A stretch of DNA of 51,034 bases, taken from the NCBI GenBank assembly GCA_000697335.1, contig JNEM01011735.1, forward strand, positions 1-51,034, read 5' to 3'. The notes under the pieces are model-generated. The model saw only the letters and a list, made by a program, of their open reading frames with translations, searched no databases and was not told where the DNA came from. Below, one piece after another: positions 1-14,344 of this stretch (its first letter is position 1; every line of letters starts with the position of its first letter). The position numbers and the translations under genes were made by a program. The stretch is from Conidiobolus incongruus B7586 (Eukaryota).

Positions 1-891
1 ACTTATACTTTAAGAAAAAACATCTTTAATTAAAAAAATCATATTATAAAATTATATAAAAGTTTAAATATAATTATTAAAATTATATTAAAACTAATTA
101 AAATAAAGTTATTTAATTTAATAAAGCAAAAATATATTTTAGTGAATAAGTTAAAAAAGTTAAATATTTCAAAAAAACAAAAAACTATTTTGTAACTATT
201 ATATTATTTTAACTCAAAAATATATGTTATCTTTTAATATAAAATATCTTTATAAAATTAATAAGGTAATTAATATTAAAATATATTAAAGTATTATAAA
301 TAATAAATTAAAAATAACTATTGAATAATATAGGTTAAATAAATCAGATGATATTTTTTAATATGGTAATATCTTTTGTTAAATTATTATTTTTATTACT
401 AAATAGTTTAAAAATAATAAAATAATAATTATAAAATAGTTTCTTTAATTTTTTAAGTTTAATTTAATTAAACATTTTTAAAATTAGTTAAAAAAAATAA
501 TTAAAATTTTTCTATTAGTAAAAAAATTAAATGAGTTTTAAAAATATATTTAAAAAGCTTAAAACAAATTTAATCTTTTTTAATATAAGAAATTAATTAA
601 CTTTATACCCTATAATTTTAAGAAAGTTAAAAAAGCAAAGGATAGATATATTAAGTTTTAATTTTCTTTTTATAATCAAAACACACAAATTTATAACTTA
701 TCTTAGATAAAATTTAAATTTTAATATATCAACTAAAAGTTAATATAATTTAATCAAATATATTTAATTATAAATAAATAATATAAGTTTATTATATATT
801 TTAATTTAAATTAATTTAATTAAGAATTAACAGAGTTATTAATAAAAATATATATAATTATAATTTTATGACTGACTTTTATGGGCTAGTA
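1..891 (+). mobile_element. Degenerate Tc1-like (DD34E) DNA transposon, 3' part (truncated by window start)
   Basis: Frame from 341 reads KSDDIF*YGNIFC*IIIFITK*FKNNKIIIIK*FL*FFKFNLIKHF*. This matches Tc1 IFQHDN...WPPQSPDLNPIEHxW, largely through C->T/G->A changes, with 34 residues between the second D position and the E position. The C-terminus KKVKKAKDRYIKF* (~620-661) resembles the Tc1 ending AKGGYTKY*. A candidate terminal repeat (...gacttttatgggctagta) is followed by TA near 891. Confidence 0.75.
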
Positions 892-1893
892 TATATGAAA
901 TATTGACAGAAAATATATTAAATCTGTTATGGTGATATATCAAAAATTTAATAATATTTTTGAATTATTTATAATTAGAAGTAATTATATCAAATTTTAT
1001 TAAAATTTAAATTATTTTCAAATTAATATTGCTAATTCAAAAAATAATATTAATATATAATTTATAATATAAAAAATTATTTAATAAATTCTATAATATA
1101 TTTTTTAAATTATAAAATATTTTAATTTAATATAAAGCTTAAATATTTTTATAAAATTATCAAATTACAATATTAATACTTTTGACCTTAAGAATAACAA
1201 ATTGGGTATAATATTGATATTTAATATCTGATCAAAATAAAAAAATATAATATTTAAACTATTGATAGCATAGTATTTAAAAATGAATAATTTTAAACAA
1301 AAGAGAAAATCTTAATAAAATAATTTTATTGATAGTTGTAATATTAATACTCTTTATTAAATAGCAACTTCAAAAGAATTAAATATTATAATCAATTTTT
1401 TTAATTTAAAATACAAATTAAAGGTTGAGTAGATTTTAGAATAGTTAATACAAATCCTAAATTATTGATCTCAAATAATTTAATTTATACTTAGAAATTT
1501 TGATTACAAAATCAATAATGTTGTTTCAAATAATTCTGATATTGGTTTCATTATATATATTCAATATTAACCATAATTAACACTTTGAACACTAATAATG
1601 AAAGTCAATTAATTAGCTGTTTGATTTAATAAATTAAAATTAATTTTAGAAGCAATTGTATATTTTAAAATTTCAAAATTTAAACATAATAGGAAAAAAT
1701 TAATTTTAATATTAAAGTATCTGTGTTATCTGGAATAGAATAGTAATTCGATTATTATATAAAATAAAAATAAGAAAAAAAATAAATTTAAATCAATTTT
1801 TATCGCCAATTCATGAAAGGAAATGATTAGTTAGATATAATAAAGCTATTTAACACTGATTATTGATATTTATATGGTCCTTCTTAATGATAT

Positions 1894-3701
1894 CTATTCG
1901 GCGGAGATGGGCTTAGCTTCGTCGCCGTTGGTGGGAGCTGGGGTGGAGGCGCCGGAGGAGGTGGGAGTGAGCTTGAGCTGCTTCAATTTCTCGGTGAGCA
2001 GAGCGAATTTAGCTTCTAACTTGGCCTTCTTTTCTTCGGTAACACGGTCTTGGTTGTCGAGGTAGTATTGCTTCTTCTCTTGGATCTTATCAACAGTGGA
2101 TTGCACTTCGGAAACGCTGAGGGGAGCTTGAATCTTAAGACTGTATAAAGATTCCATAACACCAATGGGAATCTTGAGAGCGGCGGGCTTGGTGTTTTGA
2201 GTGTCCTTCTTGTTGTTCTTCTTCTTAGGCTTTGAACTGACGAAGTAGTTATCTTCCAAATCGTCCTTCTTCTTGACGACGAATCCCTTGGGGGCTTCAG
2301 AATCTTCGACCTTACGGATGTTTAAGGCGGGGAGGTTGCTGGTCTTGGTGGTGCTTTCAGTAGGCTTAACAAGTTCTTGGTTGAGGATGGTACCAAAGTA
2401 AGAAAGAAGGCCGTTACAGAGGTTGATTTCGGATTCGAAGGCAGGAGCTTCAGCAGCTTCACGTTCTTCAGCAATGAGTTCATTGAGACGATCTTGTTCT
2501 TCTTGAAGTCTTTGCTTTTCTTCTTCTTCCTTCTTTCTGGCTTCATTTTCACGTTTCCAAGTAGCATAGTTTTCGTTGGCAGTTCTGTATTCGGATTGGA
2601 TAGCACGCTTTTGGTCGTAGAGAGCGTTGATTTCCTTTTGTAATTCATCACGCTTGGCATACAACTTGGATTTATCTTGACGGATGTTTTGGTCGTCTTT
2701 GTAAAGATCATCCAATTGGCTCTTGATGGCGTCATAGTTGCTATTGATGCTTTCGGATTTGGAGTCGTTCAACAAAGCTCTCAATTGATCCAAGTTCTTG
2801 TTGTCGGCATCGATGCTTTCTTGTAAAGTGGTGACATTGGAGAAGTTTCTCTTGAATTTCTTCAATTGGGAAATTTCCTGTAAAGCCTTCTTTTCTTCAA
2901 TGATTTTCAAAGTACCAGATTCAACCTTTGATTCTAATTTACTATAATTGAAACATCATTGAGTTGTTAATACTCATAAATAAATAATCAAATTACGCAA
3001 TATGAGCTTCCAAAGCATCTAAAGATTTGAAATTTGTCTTGGCGAAAATAGCATCCAATTCAGCTTTCTAAAAACCATATATTAAAATTTATCAAATAAT
3101 ATTAACAATAAAATATTTACTTTCTTCTTCAAACTAGCTTGAAGGGAAGAAATTTGATTAAATATAGTAGATCTGTTCTTTTTAATTTCACTTTGTTCTT
3201 CTCTTAGAACAGATAATTTTTGTTTTAAATTGTTCATTTTATCATTCTTCTCGGGACTTAAAGCGGTACCATTGATTTGATCTTTAACTAAGAACTAAAA
3301 TTTAAAAAATATCAGTTAATCAAAGATTCTTGAAAGGTTGATGGAAGTAGCTTGGATATGGTGATTTTGTTAATTATATATTATAAACTGTTTTATATAT
3401 TTACGAAATTTAATTTGATTAGGTCCTATTTTGGTCATTTCCATAAAATATTGATTGAACGAAATATCAGTTACTAATCAAACATCATATTCCAAGAATC
3501 AAGATGCTGGCCAAAAGGACATATCATGGAGCAATCTAACAAGGTGATAATAACATAGATTAAAATACTTACCAACTTGGTTTGAAGTTCTTCGATCTTA
3601 GCTTCAACAGCCTTAACCTTTTCTAACATAGCATCTCTCGAGGGTCTCTGGGGACGCTTACCAATTTTTTTAGGAGCTTCATTATTCACAACAGTAGTCA
3701 T
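1894..3701 (-). CDS. BFR1: Bfr1-like coiled-coil protein (nuclear segregation / mRNP-associated), ~473 aa, 4 exons
   Basis: Exons 3701-3573, 3294-3121, 3067-2997 and 2941-1894 splice in frame at GT-AG junctions. Long coiled coil with the Bfr1-type segment KVESGTLKIIEEKKALQEISQLKK, a later AFESEINLCNGLLSYF segment and a K-rich motif. Confidence 0.8.
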
Positions 3702-5831
3702 TTTTAATTTATTAATGTGTATTAAGATTAAAAGATAAGAGATTCAAGGTGATTCAGCTGAATTTAAATGATAAATGTAGGTTATTATCATGGAATGAAA
3801 TTGGTGTGAATTTGGGATATTTAAAAGTCATGAGTATTTTATTACAAATGGGATTACTAGTCATTTCATGATTGGTTCTTTTAAAATACTTCAACTGTGA
3901 TTTTGCTTGGATAATTTACTTTTTGGATTAAATCCCAAATTTGATCTGTTCATTTAATTTCAAGGAAACCACATGACGATCTTAATTATCAAATCTGTTC
4001 TTTTCTATATTCTTTGAATTGCTAATATTGAATATTTTTATATACTATTAATTATTAATGATTCTTAATATAAAATACTGACTGTTAACATCTATATTTC
4101 ATCATTCGAAATTAAATCAAAATATTTGATAAAAATTTTAGAATGAACTAAAAACAGAAAAATAAATGAACTTAATAAAATCTGTGAGGAAATTTTGATT
4201 AGATTATATATATCTGTTATATGAGTAGATATATATTCCTTGACATTATATATCACTTTTTATGGTTTTAGATACTGTAATTAACACAATATTGTTATCA
4301 TATATACATTGGCAATTTTTTTTGTAAATGTAATAATGCCTGTATTTTAGCAATATTTAATTTTATAAATATATTCAAAAAACAAAATTTCAATGATCAT
4401 CAAGTATATTAAGCCATTTTATTGAACAATGAATTCAACTATAATAGGATTCTAATTTTTTTAGCATATTAATTTATTCTTTAATTTTTTATAAAGCAAG
4501 TATCTTTATATGAAAATAATAAATTTGAAAATTATTAATGATTATTATAATCTCTTATTGCCAGTCCTTATCGACTTATATTCAAGTTGGTTGATGTGAA
4601 ATTGATTTATATAAAATTTCAACTTAAGGTTAGAAAAGTGAATTTAATGAGAAAATACTTGAAATATCAGGCTATCTTATAATATATATTTGTTATACAA
4701 GATTTATATTTCACCAAACACTTGGGATATGGCAGTTTGACCAAAAGTATCAATTTACCAGAAAATAAAAAATACGGAAAAACTTAAATAATGAATTGAA
4801 AAATATTATCAATATATTTTCCTTGGTTAATACTGTAATTTTTGCCAACCATGCTATAGGCCTTGTGAGCACGAAAAATTGTATATAATTTCGTCAAAGG
4901 AAGAACAGATTTTTATAATTTATGAAAAAATTTAGAATACAAGCAATTATTATTGTATTTGAATTATATATTAGAGAATAAATTATGCAGTGATTCATAT
5001 TTTCAAAATATCGAAAAAAAACACTTCTATCTTTGGCTATTTGTGAACATATAGATTTTTCGAACATATTAAATATTTTGTATATTCTCAATTCTAAAAA
5101 TTAGAGCTGAAATTTCATTTATGAATCAAAGTTATTTTCTTTGAAATTGAAAAACATAATTTCGATTTACACGCAAAAAAAATGAAAATTCATGAAAATA
5201 CAGGATCGAGGTTTTATAATGATAGCAAGAAAGATACTGGAATAATATTAACAAACCTAATGCTAATATAAAGACGAAGGACTAGAGAATATACAATTGG
5301 AATATGGAGTTATTTGAAGCAACATCAAAGAGGTATGAACTCTCAAGGTTGAAATAAATTACTATAACTCAAATATACTCCAATAAGGCATATGAAATAA
5401 AAATTAAAATTTAGAATCATTAGACGTTATTTCAAGCGTTAATTATGAAATAATCATCATATAGGTTATTAATTTAACCTTTATCCCTATCTATCTTTCA
5501 ATACAATATAAATATTCTTTATGTAGGTAAAATAATTAGATATTAATGATTTTATTAAATTTATATTATTTAAAAATAAAAAACAGATATTATAAAAACT
5601 CATAGTCCAAATAATCTATTAAGATACGATATAAGCATTTAAATATATTAATCAATTCCATTTACAATAATTATATATAAAAGGGATAAAATGTGGTTAA
5701 TGAATAATATAAATTAATATATCAAAATCAAATTTCTCAAAACTCCATTTGTGATAAAGATTTAAATGGTAATTGGTAAATACAGGAGTGAAACACTTGA
5801 TAAAAAATTATTAACAGAAACAGAAAAAAGG

Positions 5832-5903
5832 TGGTCGCGTTCGCGTTTGGACCACTGGTCTTCAGTTTACTAGACACGCGCCTTATTACCTGGTCATAAA
5901 TGC
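5832..5903 (-). pseudogene. Decayed tRNA-Thr(AGT) gene
   Basis: The reverse complement GCATTTATGACCAGGTAATAAGGCGCGTGTCTAGTAAACTGAAGACCAGTGGTCCAAACGCGAACGCGACCA is 72 nt and colinear with the tRNA-Thr genes at 16886 and 18762. It has anticodon loop CT-AGT-AA and a downstream T-run, but the acceptor and T stems are broken and TTC has become TCC. Confidence 0.6.
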
Positions 5904-6775
5904 TTGATCCGAAGAAAATTTGATTCTTTTTTGTTAAGTAAATTATAAAAATTGAAATATAATGTTTATTACCAAATACAATGCAAATTTTATCCTTTAT
6001 TACATGATTTTTTATAATTGTTAAATATAAACAACCGAGTAATTCTATTTCATTTTGTGTTAGAATATTTTTAATTTACTATTACCAATGTATATCTTAT
6101 AAAACAAACTGATCTTTAATTCAGTGATTTTTGAGTTATTTTGGCATTTTTATTAACCTTTCAAGAATTCGCTTTTTTAATGTTTGTAAAATTTAAGTTT
6201 GAATATATATTTTCCTTGTTTAAATCCAGATATTTATTATTGATTTCTTGAATAAAAAAAATAACACTTATTCTTTAATATTTTTAAAAAATTCACTAAA
6301 CTGGAGATAAAAATTTGATAAATTTTAAATTAATCCAAGTACAAATTGAAATGATATTGGTTGTTGTATTGATAATGCTACCATTCATTTTACTTTTGAT
6401 AGATTGGAATTTTATCTGGATATAATGATTTCCGAATCCTTTTATTAATTAATATATTTTTCAATAGTTAAGCTATTTCTTTATGAAAATGCTAATATTC
6501 TTTTTTGAAATTATTTTTTGTATTGCTATTTTTGATAGGAGAGTAAGGAATATTGCAAAATTGAAATTTATTCACATGAATTAATAGTGACTGAAATAGC
6601 CAACTCACCAAACTAATAAACAATTGATTAAATTAAACTCTTTTAACCAATCAAATTAATTAATCAGAGTTATCACTTTGAATTTATCATTTTTTAAATT
6701 GAGTATTAATCATTCATTCTTGCTTTTGAATTATATCTGAATTTTTTTGAATTTTTATCCATTCAGTTATCGAAT

Positions 6776-8636
6776 ATGGTTGGTAAGTTATTATAATACA
6801 ATTTTTATGGACTGTTACTTGGATTATCTGTTATAGTATTTACAGTTTAGCTATTAACTTTGTAACGTTTTAATCAATAAAATGGTCAAAAAAAATTTTA
6901 TCCAATCAGTTTTTTTAAAAATATTTGTACTAACTTAATTTATCGTTGTTTTTAGGTGTTGAATATCGCACAGGAAGTGCTACATTGTTAAATGGAAACG
7001 GATTGGTAATAAATGAATAACTCTTCTAATAATGTAAACTTAATAAAATATTTAGAACGGTCCCATTAAACCTAAATCTTTAAACGGTTATGTCGGTTTC
7101 TCCAATTTGCCCAATCAAGTTCACAGAAAGGCTGTCAAGAAGGGTTTTTACTTTACTTTGATGGTTGTAGGTATGTATAAGTTGTTCCTGTTGACCTTAA
7201 ATTATATTAGATTAGCTGTTTCGACTCAATTTTGGTGCTTGATTGGTCAAAATTTTACTAGATGATATCCAATCTAAAATTTTTATCTTTTTTAATGAGC
7301 GTTACTGATAATTTATATATTCAGAAATTATATATTAAACAAAATGGTAATTGACTTTTTTCACTTTTAGGTGAATCTGGTTTGGGTAAATCTACTCTTG
7401 TTAATACCTTATTCAACACAAGTTTATATCAAGAAAAGACTGATGTGCCTTTGAGTAACGAAACTCCTAAAACTGTTGATATTCAATCCATTTCAGCTGG
7501 TACTTTACTTTATTTATTTATATTAATTTTTTTGTTCTAATACCTATTCAATAGAAATTGAAGAAAGTGGAGTCAAATTGAAGTTAACTGTTGTTGACAC
7601 TCCCGGATTTGGTGATTTCGTTAACAATGAAGACAGTTGGGGGCCCATTTTGGATAATATCGAACAACGTTACGATGCTTACCTTGAACAAGAAAGTCGT
7701 GTCAACCGTAGTAAGATTGTCGACAAACGTGTTCACGCTTGTATCTATTTCATTGCTCCTACTGGCCATGCTCTCAAACCTCTCGATATCGAATTCATGA
7801 AGCGTCTCCACACCAAAGTCAACCTCATTCCTGTTATTGCCAAGTCCGATACACTTACCGAAGAAGAAGTTGCTGGTTTCAAAGAACGTATTCTTGAAGA
7901 TATCAATTACCATGGAATCAAAATTTTTAAGCCCACTATCTACGAACATGATGATCCTGATACCGTTGCTGAAATCAGCGAAATTAATGTAAATTATATT
8001 TCTTAATTTGATTTAAACTAAATAATTAAATATTATTAATTTAGGCTAAAATTCCTTTCGCCGTCGTTGGTAGTACAACCGAATTAACTGTTGATGGTCG
8101 TAAAGTTCGTGGACGTCAATACCCATGGGGTGTTATTGAAGTTGATAACGAAAACCATAACGACTTTGTCAAGTTGAGACAAATGCTTATTCGTACAAAT
8201 ATGGAAGAACTTAAAGAATTAACAGATGTTCAACTTTACGAAGAATACCGTACTCAGAAACTTGAATCAATGGGCGTCCACCAAGATCCTCAAGCTTTCA
8301 AAGAAATCAACCCTGTTGCTAAGCTCGAAGAAGAACGTCAACAACATGATCAAAAGATGATCCAAATGGAAGCTCAAATGAAGGCTGTCTTTGAGCAAAA
8401 AGTCCAAGAAAAGAGACAAAAGTTGCAGAATTCCGAAAATGAGGTAAATACAATTCGTCCTTTTATATATAATTGTCATGCTGAATATTTGATTCTAGCT
8501 CTATGCCCGTCACAAAGATCTCAAAGAAGCTCTCGAAAAACAACGTCAAGAACTTGAAGAAAAGAAAAAGCGTCTCGAGTCCGGTCTCTCTGCCATAACT
8601 CCCGACAAGTCTAAAAAGAAGGGATTCCCATTCTAA
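6776..8636 (+). CDS. CDC3: Septin, Cdc3/AspB group, ~423 aa, 7 exons
   Basis: Exons 6776-6782, 6956-7005, 7056-7170, 7371-7499, 7555-7988, 8045-8443 and 8499-8636. Motifs: [16 protein letters not shown]-loop [20 protein letters not shown], septin element PFAVVGS...GRQYPWG, and a C-terminal coiled coil ending KKKGFPF. The first micro-exon is the least certain part. Confidence 0.92.
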
Positions 8637-9417
8637 ACAAATATTGAATTAATTGATCATTGGCTATCTCATTTTTTATTACAATGAAAATCCACCTATT
8701 CATATGTTTATTTTGGACATTTAATAACAATTTATAATATTCACTTCAATTATATATTTATATTGTGCTATTTTTCACCTTAATTATTTCAATTCAATAT
8801 TATATTATTCAAATTTATTTCATATGTAATTTGTAATTCTATCTGATTGATAATATATTGATAATGATTTTGTAAATATGATTCTAAATTTTTTGACAAT
8901 GTACTGAATATTTGATTTTACATGAAAAAATTAAATAATATTATAAATCTAAATTTTGTTATTGAGTATATTGTATTGATTAACTCTATAATACCAATTA
9001 TCTTTTTCAAACTTTAAATATAGAATTGAAAGTAATTAACAGTCCTATTTGAAATGTTATAATTTGTGAAAAAAATTCATATTTTCAAAAAATTATGACA
9101 AACCTAAATCTACTATTCTAAATCAAAATTGTTTTAAATTGTCCAATTCCATTCAAAATTAAACAATATTACATAATATAATAATCTGAACATAAATCAA
9201 TATGTTGTCAAGAAATAAATATTAAAAATTCAGAATTTCGCTATTCAAATTGAAAAAAATTCCTAGAATGAGAAAAAATTTATTGAGGGAAAAAATGAAA
9301 AATAATAAAACTATAATATATAAATGATTCGGTTATATATAAATTAAGTGATTGAAACAATGATAAAAAGCTACACGGACGTCAACTGCGATAACATGAG
9401 ATATAGAGTGATGAAAT

Positions 9418-11783
9418 TTAATGCTTGGTGGTCCAGAAGGGCTTGTTGGAGCGAGTATTGGGGTGGACATATGAACCAGCTGAGGGGTGAGTGTACCCAG
9501 TGTGGTGGTGCTGAGGTTGATAGTGAGGTTGAGTGTAGTGTTGAGTGTAAGGGTCGTATTGGTAGGGGTTATATGGCTGAGTATGCATGTAAGAGTCGTG
9601 ATAATACTGAGAGTGGGGTTGGTAGATATTATGGTTGAAGTGGGGTTGATGGTGTTGGAATTGTTGTTGAGGATGAGAATGGGAGAGAGTGTCGTTAGAT
9701 TGATGATGATAGGGGTGTTGTTGAGCGGAAGAGTTAGCACTACCAGCAGAGGCAGGCTGGGCAGGGGCAGTAGAAGCAGAGGTTATGTTGTTAGATTCAA
9801 CAGCGGGAGAGTCTTTCTTGGAAGTATTAGACAAAAGAGGTGACTCATTTGGTTGTTGATATTCAAATTGAGCGGTGGGGTAAGGGACAGAAGTATGTTG
9901 TTGATATGAGGTTTGTTGAGGATGAGTGAATTGCTGAGTGTAAGCAGGAGGAATTCCAACATTAGGTCTTTGATGAGGGTTGAACTTAGAGGGATGGTAG
10001 TAGTTGGGGAAAGGACTCTTGTTATCGTTGAATTGAGGAACAGTTGTATTAGCATAAGCATTGTTTAAGTTAGCAGGAGCAGGGCCTCTAGAGAGAGGAG
10101 CTTGAGAGGTAGCTTGTTGAGCTTGAGAAACATTTTGGCGAACATTAGGGCTAGTAGAAGCAGCAGCGGTCAACGAAGCATCTGATTGTTCTTGAGGTTG
10201 AGATTGCTGAGGTTGTTGTTGCTGAACAGGACGAGAATAAGGAACAGTAGCGGGAAGGGTAGAAGCGGGTTGACCGGGACGAGAGCTAGGAGGAATTTGA
10301 TTAGGCAAAGAAAGACCAGGGGGTAAATTAGCTCTTTGGGCTTGAGAGAAATTGAGAGAGCCAAAGGAGGGAGCAGTACCAGGTGTGAAATTGGTATTAG
10401 ATTGGAAGTTACCAAATTTGACTCCAGCAGTATTTTGATTAATAGGAACACTAGATGGAAGAGGAATGGAAGAAGGAAGAGAAGCGGGAATATGTTGTTC
10501 GGGAGCTACAGAAGCAGAAGGAACGGGTTCAGATGAGGGGAATTCAGTCTTGGGTGCGAGATTGGAGGTTTCAACTTGCTCAGGTTGTTTAACCTCAGAG
10601 GCCAGCTCGGGTTCAATCGTCGTTTCCAAAGGTGGATTCTCTTCCTTCTTAGGCTCTAAAGGAACTTCAGGAGCTTTAGATTCATGTTCTTGCTTATTAT
10701 CTGTAGGGGCTGAAGGTTGAGGTTGCGTAGGAGCTTTTGGTTTGGGAGGTTCAGCGGCTTTAGGCTTGACAATACTGGCCCAAGATTTTTGAGCAGGCTT
10801 AGGAGGTTCAGGATTGGGTTCTGACTTTTGTTTATTAGCTTGTCCTTTGCCTTTTGATGCTTGCTGGCCAGATTTAGAAGATTGTGATTTAGATTTACCC
10901 CAAGAACTTTGACTTTCAGTGTTATTAGACGTGGAATCGTTAGTGGGTTGTTCATCCCAAGATGTTGATTCAGAATTAAGTTTAAGTTCTTGGAAGCTCT
11001 TTTCGATAGAAGCAGCATCTTGACCATGAGATTTTTTATTAGATGAAGCTAAAGAAAAATATGTGTTAGATGCATGTTACAACCAATAAAATTCTTTGAT
11101 AAATATATTTATAAGATCGATTTGTGAAGTTGAACCTTAAAAAATATAAAATATTTAATAAGAAAATTTATACTTACCAGGACCATTTTTAGGACCACGA
11201 GATACAGGAGCTAAATAAATATGGGTTAGTATTGAAAACATGAAAGATTAAACAAAAAAGATATTCAATAAAACGATGAATATGGTATTACCTTTATGTT
11301 TAGCTCTTGTCTTATCTTGCACAGGTTGGGCTTGATTACGCGTACTGGAAGTAGCAGAAGGAGCTTCTTTCTTAGGTTTAGTTGTCTTGACTTCGTCCCA
11401 TTGGTTAGCGAAGCCTGATTAAGAAAAAAAGTGGTTAAATCACAGTTACGGATGAAAAGTTTATAAAGAATAAAGGGACAAATTGTAGGATCCTTCCGAA
11501 ACTGGGGTAGAAAGCAAAGGATTAATAAACCTTATCAAACAATAGACTCACCTTCAGAAATTCTATCTATAGTAAGCATCAAGTCCCCTTGATTTTCTTG
11601 TAATGTAAATAAAATATCCTCTTCGGACCAAGTGGGGAAGAGTTCGCGTAGTGTAGGTAATTCACTAGCATATTTATTCTTTAAAAGTAAAACTTCTTCA
11701 TTTTCAACTGAGCTATTATAGTTTTTATTATTTTTAGTTGAGTTAGGGTTACTTCCCCGATTGTGAGATTGATGGTTAGGCAT
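9418..11783 (-). CDS. DEF1: Def1-like RNA polymerase II degradation factor (N-terminal CUE domain, long P/Q/S/H-rich low-complexity tail), ~672 aa, 4 exons
   Basis: Exons 11783-11552, 11414-11292, 11210-11178 and 11048-9418 are in frame. CUE-like KYASELPTLRELFPTWSEEDILFTLQENQGDLMLTIDRISEG is followed by NQWDEVK..KK. Also contains KSWASIVK, VKFG and a prion-like Y/Q/H tail. Confidence 0.8.
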
Positions 11784-12813
11784 TATACAAATTATATATT
11801 ATGAATTTTATACAAACGGTGAGTTAGTACTAGTATGAAACTGTGTTAAAATTTGGTAGTATATATGAGCTTTTTAAAAGAGTTGAATGGAGGCTAATAT
11901 ATCCAAATAAGAGAGCTGCGCTTTGTTGACTTTTCTTCTTTTTTAATATTTGATGAAAAGGTACTTGGAGATGATAAACGAATATTGAACAAAGAAAAGA
12001 TTGAATCACTACTAAAACGCATTTTATCCCCCAAATTTTTTATTTTGTTAGGAATTTTGAGAAGATTGACGTGGAGTAAGTGAAATTTTAGATTGTTAGA
12101 CCCAGTCCCATAATTATAGAAACTACCACTTCCTCAAAAAATTTATAGGTCTAATATCTATTCATTATTCCAAATTAAATCATTATTAAATAAAAAATTA
12201 TAATTTAACATATAATACTATAAATAATATATAATTTTGAATAATTTTATAAAATTGAATAAAATGATGTCCAAAGATTATCCATTTTAGTATGAATCTG
12301 AAAAAAATTTAAACCTTTTTCATTTAAAATAATATTATCATTCTTCGATATCCTTTTAAATAATTTTCTAGAGACTAGAAAATTCTTAAACATCAAGTTT
12401 ATTTCTTTTAACCCTTGTGGTTTTTATCACAGATAAAATTCAATATAATTAAATCATTCCTAGAACTAATGACGTAGCCACCGATTATATATGTTGAGCC
12501 ATTATATTATTGTTGCTTGAAAGATGATTTAAGAATAATTTAGATTATCATGATAACAAGTAATCAGTATAAAAAAATCCCCATGAAAACAATATTTAAA
12601 AATAATTTTAATGGATTTAGTTGATTGGTTTAACTGGGAATACGTCATGAGAAAAAGAATGAAAATTCAGTTGTCATTTGAATAGAAAATAACATCTGAT
12701 AGTATTTCAATTAAGATGTATTTAAAAATTAATATAGATATAAAAATAATTAGATTGTAAAACTAAATTCAAAATATTTGATAAATCGAAAATATTATAA
12801 CTGAAAAAAAAAC

Positions 12814-12886
12814 TGGAGGACCCGGGCATCGATCCCGGCGCCTCTCGCATGCGAAGCGAGCGCTCTACCAAATGAGCTAGACCCCC
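12814..12886 (-). tRNA. tRNA-Ala(CGC)
   Basis: GGGGGTCTAGCTCATTTGGTAGAGCGCTCGCTTCGCATGCGAGAGGCGCCGGGATCGATGCCCGGGTCCTCCA folds as a cloverleaf with the G3:U70 Ala identity pair, anticodon CGC and a downstream poly-T. There is one acceptor-stem mismatch. Confidence 0.92.
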
Positions 12887-13749
12887 CTAATTGCCTAATT
12901 TAAATTTGATTTAAATTCATTTCGTATGAATAAGTATAAAAAATGTGACCAATTTGAACTCATATTCTGATAGTATAAATTTTTCAATCCTCATTTAATG
13001 TAAATATTATTATTATCCCCTATTAATTCGTTTCATGTATTATATACCATTTCCAGTTTTTTCAATATTTTTACTCCTTTAACTCTTAAATTTGTAAGTA
13101 TTACTCATATAACATTTATGATTAAATTTGGTCTGATTTTCATTATTATAAACAGTTCGTTTCAATTATTAATTATTCACCAATCAACTCTAAATAAATT
13201 TTTTATATTATGAATTTTGATATTGTTAAGTTATTTCGAACTGAACTCTTAATAACTAATTCAATAAATTTTTTAATATTAAGTTTTTTGGAATAGTTGT
13301 AAAAAATTATCTGACTCTAGATTTTGGTATTATAGCGTTTACTATACATTTCAATAATTTAAAATATTATACTTAAATTATATTTGGAAATATTTATATC
13401 TAAGAATTTCATTCAATATTGAAATTTTAATAACTTTTGAATATTAAGTTTTACAATCTATTATGACTACTTTAGACTATAAATATAGCTGATATGCATA
13501 ATTTAGGTTAATATAGTGGTGTTTAATTATATGATCTGTAATTTGTGAAATTTAAGTTATAATCGATTAAAAATGTTATAAATATTAAAATGATTCCAAA
13601 GTGACTTTGAATCTCAAATCCAGTATAAGTTTAACCAATTAAACACCATTCAAAATTATCTTATTATCAAAACATTCAATAAAATATTGAAATTCATATC
13701 ATCTCCCTAATTAATTCAACACTAAAAATTAATAATTCCAATTATCATA

Positions 13750-14275
13750 ATGAGCCAAAATACAGCTACAATCAATTCTCAACTGAATAATCACCGATAT
13801 TCCAATTCATCTATAACAACCAACCTTAACAATTTAACTTCCTCCAAGTATAACGAATTTATCCAAAGACAAACTTCAATATTCTCCAAAATCGATTCCA
13901 ACGCAAGTAGTCAAAATCTAATCAATCAAGGTCTAATACTTCAGGATAAGATCAAAACAGATAATTCTTAATTTAAAGTATAAATATTATATATTAATCT
14001 CTATTTAGCCAATAATAATTTGAGCCTGTTCTTACAGTATTTATTAAATCAAAATGCTTAATTTTTTAAAACAAACGAGTTTTATCAGAAAGTATCTAAA
14101 CTGTTAACTGAAAGAGTAATCGATACCATACATTATGAAGCTAATATATTTGATTAATAATTTTTAGGATAATATAGTGAATATGATGCAAAATATAAAA
14201 TCGGGTTATGAAGAAGTTTTAGAAATTGATGAAAATTTACAACATTTAAATCAGATGTATATATGCCAAGGCTGA
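13750..14275 (+). pseudogene. Putative small intron-containing gene or pseudogene, coiled-coil-like, unknown function
   Basis: ATG ORF MSQNTATINS... at 13750-13971, then coding-like segments with a clean GT-AG intron (~14116-14167) leading to DNIVNMMQNIKSGYEEVLEIDENLQHLNQ. In-frame TAA codons prevent a clean gene model. Confidence 0.3.
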
Positions 14276-14344
14276 TCGATTTGAGATTGAATGATAGTAT
14301 TAATTTGATGATGAAAATTCAAAAGTGGAAATATTTTTATTAAG

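Noticed and set aside
1874..2735. ORFs 1874-2065, 2322-2735 and 2377-2643
   Set aside because: Antisense or alternate-frame shadows of the BFR1-like exon.
7584..8479. ORFs 7584-7949, 7591-7800 and 8267-8479
   Set aside because: Shadows of septin exons.
9333..11027. Many overlapping ORFs around DEF1
   Set aside because: Alternate-frame or antisense artefacts of a low-complexity, codon-biased exon.
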